A program made the position numbers and the translations under genes. From a virus, in IMG/VR virus record IMGVR_UViG_3300037488_003551, positions 96,001 to 160,000 of that record: DNA of 64,000 bases; one strand, given 5' to 3'. Shown here piece after piece: positions 58,595-64,000 of the stretch. The notes below the pieces were generated by a model. It made no database searches, was not told where the DNA came from, and was given only the letters and a program-made list of their open reading frames with translations. Each line of letters starts with the position of its first letter. Position 1 is the stretch's first letter.

Positions 58595-60074
58595 CGATAC
58601 TCACCACGATATCTTGCATGGCGGGGTCTGCTTTTCCTTCTTTACAGATAACCCAAATGACGGGGCAGGCGGGTTTTAGGCGAGGTAAGGGGCCTCCGTC
58701 TTTACTGGCTACGGGAGCAAATCCGTCGGTGAATATGACCATGAGGTCTGTCCGGGCAAGTGGCTTCGTGGGTTTTTCCCTAGTCCAATCGGAGTTGGTG
58801 TCTGTTCCTAAGACACGCCTAAATGGAGCGCAGAAGTCCGTGCCACCGTAACCGTGGCGCTGACGTAAGGACCTAATAATTTCTTCGATTTCTGCATCCG
58901 TCGTGGTTCGGGTAAAGGTCTCTTCGTATTGGATACCATGGTCGAAGTGGATGACTTGGAGCTCAATTCCTTGGAACTGGCGTAGGATGGCGACTTGTTC
59001 GCTTACGAATGTGCGATACGCATCGTTGTTTACCGAGCCGCTGGTGTCGGTACAGCTCGTAATTCGGAATGTGAAGTCGTGCGTATATCCTGGGAAAGGT
59101 TCGATGCCATCTTCTATTACCGGGTATAATGCGATGTTGGGTTGCGCTGTTGTATGCACGAGTTTGTTGCTGATAATGCTCTTTATGTGATTTCGAAGGA
59201 CGACTGGCCAGGGAACTTTTGGTTCCGTTAATAGCTCTTCGATTACGTTCTTCATGCAGCCTGGGACGGTTCCGCGGCAGCGATTAGTTTGCTCTACGGC
59301 AGAACGAACGGCGCTGGTTGCGCTGCGCTGTAGGTCATTGGCAAGACGCTCGAGCTCACCACCGGACATATTTCGAAGGCGGCTGAGAGCTTCTCGTATC
59401 TGTTCTTCCATTGAGTTGGGTTTTTCACTCTGTTCGTCTTTGCTAGATTTCCCGTCGTTGTCAGCGTCCCCTTCGCCTTCTTCGTCGTTTGGCTCACCAA
59501 AGAAGTTGGCGTTTATCTCCATGCCTTTATCTTTGATTGCTTTTTGAATCTCATTGGACTTGTCTTCATCCTTCATAAGCAATAGAAAGTATTCTTCCAT
59601 GCTGAGGTTACGGGGAAGTTCGAACTTCTCAGGGAATGGACGCTCGTCATAAACAATCTGAAAGGCTTCAACTTTTTTGCCAACGGTTAATGGTCGTACT
59701 GCCAAATCGTTTACGGTCAGGTCGGCCGCCAGGTTGAGTGTCTTCCATATTGTTTGGAGCTTGGAATCCGAGGACATACTTTGCTGACCCCCAACCATGC
59801 GAATCATGCGCTCGTAGTGTCGGAACCCTAGGTGTGCTGCTTCGTGTATCAGACCTGCGAGTTGCGAGGGGATTACGCGCTTATTGTATTTTTCAAGGTC
59901 GATACTTAAGCAGAATCTTCCGTGTTTATCCACACGTACAGCCAGAGCATAAGGCATGGTTGTATATTCTCTGCGACAGCTATTAAGGATGCGCCCAAAG
60001 AAATTATTATCTCCCCGGGTGCTGCAGAGCCAATAGAAAGCATTCTGTAAGGGGGTGCGGTCTAGGGGTGCCAT
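58587..60074 (-). CDS. DUF2201-like metallopeptidase-VWA protein
   Basis: HEAAH (HExxH), acidic linker, MIDAS DTSGS...GGTDF...FTDG. Confidence 0.8.
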   Translation of the reverse strand: MAPLDRTPLQNAFYWLCSTRGDNNFFGRILNSCRREYTTMPYALAVRVDKHGRFCLSIDLEKYNKRVIPSQLAGLIHEAAHLGFRHYERMIRMVGGQQSMSSDSKLQTIWKTLNLAADLTVNDLAVRPLTVGKKVEAFQIVYDERPFPEKFELPRNLSMEEYFLLLMKDEDKSNEIQKAIKDKGMEINANFFGEPNDEEGEGDADNDGKSSKDEQSEKPNSMEEQIREALSRLRNMSGGELERLANDLQRSATSAVRSAVEQTNRCRGTVPGCMKNVIEELLTEPKVPWPVVLRNHIKSIISNKLVHTTAQPNIALYPVIEDGIEPFPGYTHDFTFRITSCTDTSGSVNNDAYRTFVSEQVAILRQFQGIELQVIHFDHGIQYEETFTRTTTDAEIEEIIRSLRQRHGYGGTDFCAPFRRVLGTDTNSDWTREKPTKPLARTDLMVIFTDGFAPVASKDGGPLPRLKPACPVIWVICKEGKADPAMQDIVVSIDD

Positions 60075-60140
60075 TCAAGTTCCTTTCATGTAGAATTGAG
60101 GTTGTTGTGCAAGTAACTCGCACAGTTGAAGAGGGAGACC

Positions 60141-61145
60141 ATGACCACTATCGACGTGACTAACGACCCCGCATTTTCACATCTCCGCGTTTTGACGGAG
60201 AAGTATCCTGGTTTGGTTGAGTTCGCAAAGTCTGCCGAGCTCGCCCCGGAGGAGTTTAATAATCTCCCCGATGGCGCTTTTGCCTGGCCAGAAAAGCGGG
60301 CATTTCCTACTCATACCAAGGAACACGCTGCGATTTCACAGGCCTATGCGAAGAGCGCCGCGGTACTGCCCGTACACGTGCGCGAGAATATCAAAATGGC
60401 GTGTGAAGCGCATTCGATTCCCGAAGAACTTTTTATCCCGGTACAAACTAAGACGGCGAGTGAGGTTCACTGGCTTCTTCCCGAGCAACAGCGCTTCCGT
60501 GTGGCTTCTTCGGAGGATGTCGAATTCGCTATCGACGCGCTAGAGAAGCGTGCGCACGACCTTACGGAGAATCAGCGAGCCGAGGCGTACTTGAATTTGG
60601 TGAAGGCGGCTGAGACGTTCGGGGTGAAGACGAGCGCGTCACTTCAGAAGTTCGCGGGGAATACCCTGACGGATACTGAAGTTTTGGCGGATTGGTTGGA
60701 TGCTCGAGCTGAAGCGGCAGAGATGGTCGGAAATAAGATTGCGTCAGTGGAGTTCAAGAACCTAGGGCAATCGTACCGGCATGTCAACTCTTTTCTTGCG
60801 TCGAGGGACGACCAAGTGAAGCTGGCTCAGGCCATCGCCGAGCTCGACAAACTCGCCGGCATCGAAAAGTACGTTGGTAGGAGCATCCCCAACCCCATCT
60901 TGACGGTGTGGAACACCAACAAGGTCGCGTCGCAGCAGCTCGAGCTCAACGGGATGTACTTCGACAAGAACATGTTGGCCTCTCTGCCGGTCTCTTTCTG
61001 GAAGGACGCCCTGGGGGATGACTTCGTGGCGGAGTTCGCGCCCGGGGGGATGGTGGACCCGGAACAGCTCGAGGCCGTGCTGCAGACCTTGCCGGCCGAT
61101 ATGAAGGCCACCCTGGTCACGCAACTCGCCCCGTACTCAAAGTAG
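60141..61145 (+). CDS. Putative head-associated protein with K-x-A-S-like motifs
   Basis: GAGGGAGA RBS; LPDGAFAWP..R.FP motif; repeated KTAS/KIAS/KVAS. Confidence 0.5.
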   Translation: MTTIDVTNDPAFSHLRVLTEKYPGLVEFAKSAELAPEEFNNLPDGAFAWPEKRAFPTHTKEHAAISQAYAKSAAVLPVHVRENIKMACEAHSIPEELFIPVQTKTASEVHWLLPEQQRFRVASSEDVEFAIDALEKRAHDLTENQRAEAYLNLVKAAETFGVKTSASLQKFAGNTLTDTEVLADWLDARAEAAEMVGNKIASVEFKNLGQSYRHVNSFLASRDDQVKLAQAIAELDKLAGIEKYVGRSIPNPILTVWNTNKVASQQLELNGMYFDKNMLASLPVSFWKDALGDDFVAEFAPGGMVDPEQLEAVLQTLPADMKATLVTQLAPYSK

Positions 61146-61155
61146 GCTGCGCGCT

Positions 61156-61935
61156 ATGGCCACAGAACTGCACGCGGGTTTCAAGACGCTCTGGGGATTG
61201 GTGCCAGGCATCAACCAGGGCCTCATGATGAAGACGGCTTCGGAGCGGGCGCACAATGGCGCGCTGAAGGTACTCAAGGACCCCCAGATGAACACGGCTG
61301 CGGGGCTATACCTCGCAGCGCGGACCGTCTACGGGGAAGACATCCTGAAGTGGGAGCCCGAGACGCTGTGGTTGACCATGGACCAGGACGGGGTGAATCT
61401 CCCCGACGAGGAGCGGAACAAACTCCTCGCTGCTATCGCTCTGATTGTCCATCCAGCTTTCTATTGGGATAACTTGGTCTTCCAGCGCACCGTTCAAGCT
61501 TTCAATGGGGAACTTTTTGACCCGGAGACGCTGCAGGAGTGCGCCGCGGCGCATATGGCGTGGGCTGTGTACGAGGCGGGAGTGATTCGAGGTCTGGATA
61601 ACGACCAAGCCATCATCCCGGAGTTTGATGAGGACGTGCAGCAGTACATCGCGGTTTGCCTTTTACGAGAGGGCTACGTTCTCCCTCCTGAGCCTCTCAA
61701 TGAGTTCATGTCGGATAATCTTGAGGGGCTCTTTTCAAAGAACTCCTATTCGGCCACATTAAAAAAAGAGGTCGCAAATAGCTGGGAAGCCTTGGACAAG
61801 GACGCTCTCGAAAGAACCGAGTTCTTCGAGAACGAGCTCGGCGTCCAGCTTGCCCAACTATCTGCGTGCTTCCTCTACGTAAAGAAATGGGCTGACCAGC
61901 TCGCCGAGGATTTATCGGCGGCTCGTCAGCCCTGA
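61156..61935 (+). CDS. Hypothetical phage protein
   Basis: 259 aa; WEPETLW motif; near the terminase gene. Confidence 0.55.
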   Translation: MATELHAGFKTLWGLVPGINQGLMMKTASERAHNGALKVLKDPQMNTAAGLYLAARTVYGEDILKWEPETLWLTMDQDGVNLPDEERNKLLAAIALIVHPAFYWDNLVFQRTVQAFNGELFDPETLQECAAAHMAWAVYEAGVIRGLDNDQAIIPEFDEDVQQYIAVCLLREGYVLPPEPLNEFMSDNLEGLFSKNSYSATLKKEVANSWEALDKDALERTEFFENELGVQLAQLSACFLYVKKWADQLAEDLSAARQP

Positions 61936-61942
61936 TTTCCTA

Positions 61943-63190
61943 TCAGTTGTTGAGTCGAACGAATCGGTCCACAGCATCGTGGGCTTTTTCTGAGTGTTTT
62001 AGGTGAGCGCGGAATCGGTCCTTGTCTTTAACGAAGCTGTTGATGAGGTTTGCGCGATAGGTGGGTTTTCCGTATTGATTTGCGGTAGGGGTAATGTTGT
62101 CCGTAAACAGTGCTGCGTATTCCGCGGCACAGGTCTCGAAAAACGTGAAGATTGCGGGGTAGGCCTTGTCGATGTCGTATTCAACATCGAACATGTAATT
62201 CAAAAGGTTATAGACAAATTCCACCAGCCTGGGCTGTTTTCCAAGGTCTTCTAACTGTTGGAATTTACGCATGAAATGCTTAGTATCTGTTAGGAATTCC
62301 ACAGGACTGAGGATAACGTTATTGTCCTCGATAAAGGCTTGGAATTGAGACGCCATTGTTAGGTTGAGGGATGACCCGAATCGGCTGAGAGCTCGGCTGC
62401 TTTGTAGAGAAATATCCGCGCTCTCCAAAGCATAGCAGTCGAGGGAAATTGTTTGCCACGTAGCGGGGCAAGCGAAAGGTCTGTTGTTCTTCTTATTCTG
62501 TTCGTCGTAAAGCATGGTCGGCGCCGTTGCGATAAAGGACCGGACGTGCTCGTGACAAGAGAGACCGTTTTCAGGAATCACGGGAGAGGTGCGGTCGCTA
62601 TAATGGAATTCTCGCGTACGAGCGTGTTGCAACCATTCGTCAGGAGAGTAGATGGCGTAAACAAACCGAAGCCTCCGACGGAGGGCGGCGTTGTTTTCAA
62701 TTTGATTGACGACGTAGGACCCGGTGCTGGGGTTCATCATTGCTACGATGAGGCAGTCGTCCGAGAGCTTGTAGTCATAGAGAAAACGGTCCTCGGCCAG
62801 GGAGTAGAACATGGCGATGGCGTGCTGAGCGCCTTGGTTGATTTCGTCGAACGCGAGGATGCAGCGTTCTCCTTTTCGCGGAAGACCCGTGGGAACTTTG
62901 ATACGAAAGAAGCCTTCTTCGGCGTCTCGGACCGATGGCACACCTGCGCTAAGCAATCCGAATTGAGCGGTACGGATATCGCAGACACGCGCCTTGAGCT
63001 CGCGTGCAACTTGGTGGACGACTTGTGATTTACCTAGACCGGCCTCGCCCACGATGCAGTAGATGCCTCGGAATAAGCGCATATTGTAATTTAATTTAAT
63101 CTCTTCTTTGATTTCTCCGATGGTCATTCGTGGGACGTCGTATAGCTCTGCGTACTCTTGATTGACTGATTTGCTATTGTTTTCCGCCAT
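61943..63190 (-). CDS. MoxR-like AAA+ ATPase (likely start MAENN at 63190)
   Basis: Walker A GEAGLGKS, Walker B LAFDEIN, AMMNP sensor, ALRRRL arginine finger, ACPATW. Confidence 0.8.
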   Translation of the reverse strand: MAENNSKSVNQEYAELYDVPRMTIGEIKEEIKLNYNMRLFRGIYCIVGEAGLGKSQVVHQVARELKARVCDIRTAQFGLLSAGVPSVRDAEEGFFRIKVPTGLPRKGERCILAFDEINQGAQHAIAMFYSLAEDRFLYDYKLSDDCLIVAMMNPSTGSYVVNQIENNAALRRRLRFVYAIYSPDEWLQHARTREFHYSDRTSPVIPENGLSCHEHVRSFIATAPTMLYDEQNKKNNRPFACPATWQTISLDCYALESADISLQSSRALSRFGSSLNLTMASQFQAFIEDNNVILSPVEFLTDTKHFMRKFQQLEDLGKQPRLVEFVYNLLNYMFDVEYDIDKAYPAIFTFFETCAAEYAALFTDNITPTANQYGKPTYRANLINSFVKDKDRFRAHLKHSEKAHDAVDRFVRLNN

Positions 63191-63212
63191 TTTCCTGATA
63201 TCCTTTTCTTGA

Positions 63213-64000
63213 ATGAAGAACGTTTCCGCCACCATTAGCGAAGTGTGTGAAGCCTGGTTAAACCTAAACGGAAAGCCTTTCCGCCTGGATATGTGGCCAG
63301 CCCATCGGACCTTTTACGATGGGCTCTGGCGCCGAACGTTGTTAAAAACAAGTCGGCAGGTCGCGAAGTCCACGACCCTAGCCAACTTCGGGATTGCTGA
63401 GTGTGCTCTTATACCACATTTTTCCGTAATGTTTGTAACGCCCTCCAAAGAGCAGACGATGCGCTTTTCGAATTCTCGCGTTACAAAGGTTATGCGTTAC
63501 TCTCCGATTATCAGAAAGAAGTTTTTGAGTACAGAACTTTCGGACCGTGTACTCCACAAGCAGTTCACAAATGGGTCGGAGATGGTCTTTGCGTATGCGT
63601 TGGATGACGCAGACCGCCTTCGAGGCCCATCCACTGACCGCAACGTGTACGACGAGGTGCAGGACCTGCTATATAATCCTGTAATTACGGTAGGTAATGA
63701 AACATTGTCGCGTTCTAAATATGCGTACGAGACGTATGCGGGGACGCCAAAGACAATGGAAAATACCATTCAGTATCTATGGGAATTGAGCACCCAGACC
63801 GAATGGGTCATGAAGTGCTCAGGTTGCGGTAAATACCAGTACGCGGCGTCCGAGAAGTGCATTGGCCTTAAAGGAATGATTTGCCTAAAGTGTGGTACGT
63901 ACTTAAATCCTTTTGAAGGTCAGTGGGTTGATATGGCAGAGTCCCTCCCGGCTGACTCGCGGGTAGAAGAGGAAGACCGTATTAAAGGTTTTCATATTTG
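63213..64000 (+). CDS. terL: Terminase large subunit, GpA-type, 3'-partial (missing from the ORF track because it runs off the window)
   Basis: Translated by hand from ATG 63213: KTSRQVAKST (Walker A), RLRGPS..RNVYDEVQD (Walker B), YAGTPK, CSGC...CLKC. Confidence 0.85.
   Translation, partial: MKNVSATISEVCEAWLNLNGKPFRLDMWPAHRTFYDGLWRRTLLKTSRQVAKSTTLANFGIAECALIPHFSVMFVTPSKEQTMRFSNSRVTKVMRYSPIIRKKFLSTELSDRVLHKQFTNGSEMVFAYALDDADRLRGPSTDRNVYDEVQDLLYNPVITVGNETLSRSKYAYETYAGTPKTMENTIQYLWELSTQTEWVMKCSGCGKYQYAASEKCIGLKGMICLKCGTYLNPFEGQWVDMAESLPADSRVEEEDRIKGFHI

Noticed and set aside
1-64000. Alternative genetic code (stop-codon reassignment)
   Set aside because: Long intact ORFs with high coding density under the standard code; TAG, TGA and TAA all end genes at coupled boundaries

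Overview
This window is a fragment of a large tailed-phage (myovirus-like, probably jumbo) genome in the standard genetic code. The + strand carries virion morphogenesis genes: modular tail fibres/spikes (1-16.2 kb); a tail assembly chaperone with a -1 frameshift, tape measure, baseplate hub with lytic transglycosylase, phage sigma factor, amidase, gp25-like, J-like and wedge baseplate proteins and a fibre (30-52 kb); and the start of a GpA-type terminase large subunit (63.2 kb to the end). The mostly - strand blocks hold accessory and replication genes: dNMP kinase, secreted-type transglycosylase, holin-like protein, solo TnpB, AT-hook protein, DinG helicase, RuvC, MoxR-like AAA+ ATPase and VWA/metallopeptidase; a DHH phosphoesterase lies on the + strand. 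The most striking observation is a candidate split retron. A retron-type reverse transcriptase (56968-58110) sits in a tightly packed operon with no room for an ncRNA. About 33 kb away, an intergenic element at 23480-23653 has the canonical msr-msd layout: a1/a2 inverted repeats, a G right after a1, two short stem-loops, one long stem-loop and a U-tract. No CRISPR array, tRNA or rRNA was seen. All product calls come from motif recognition by eye; no database searches were run.
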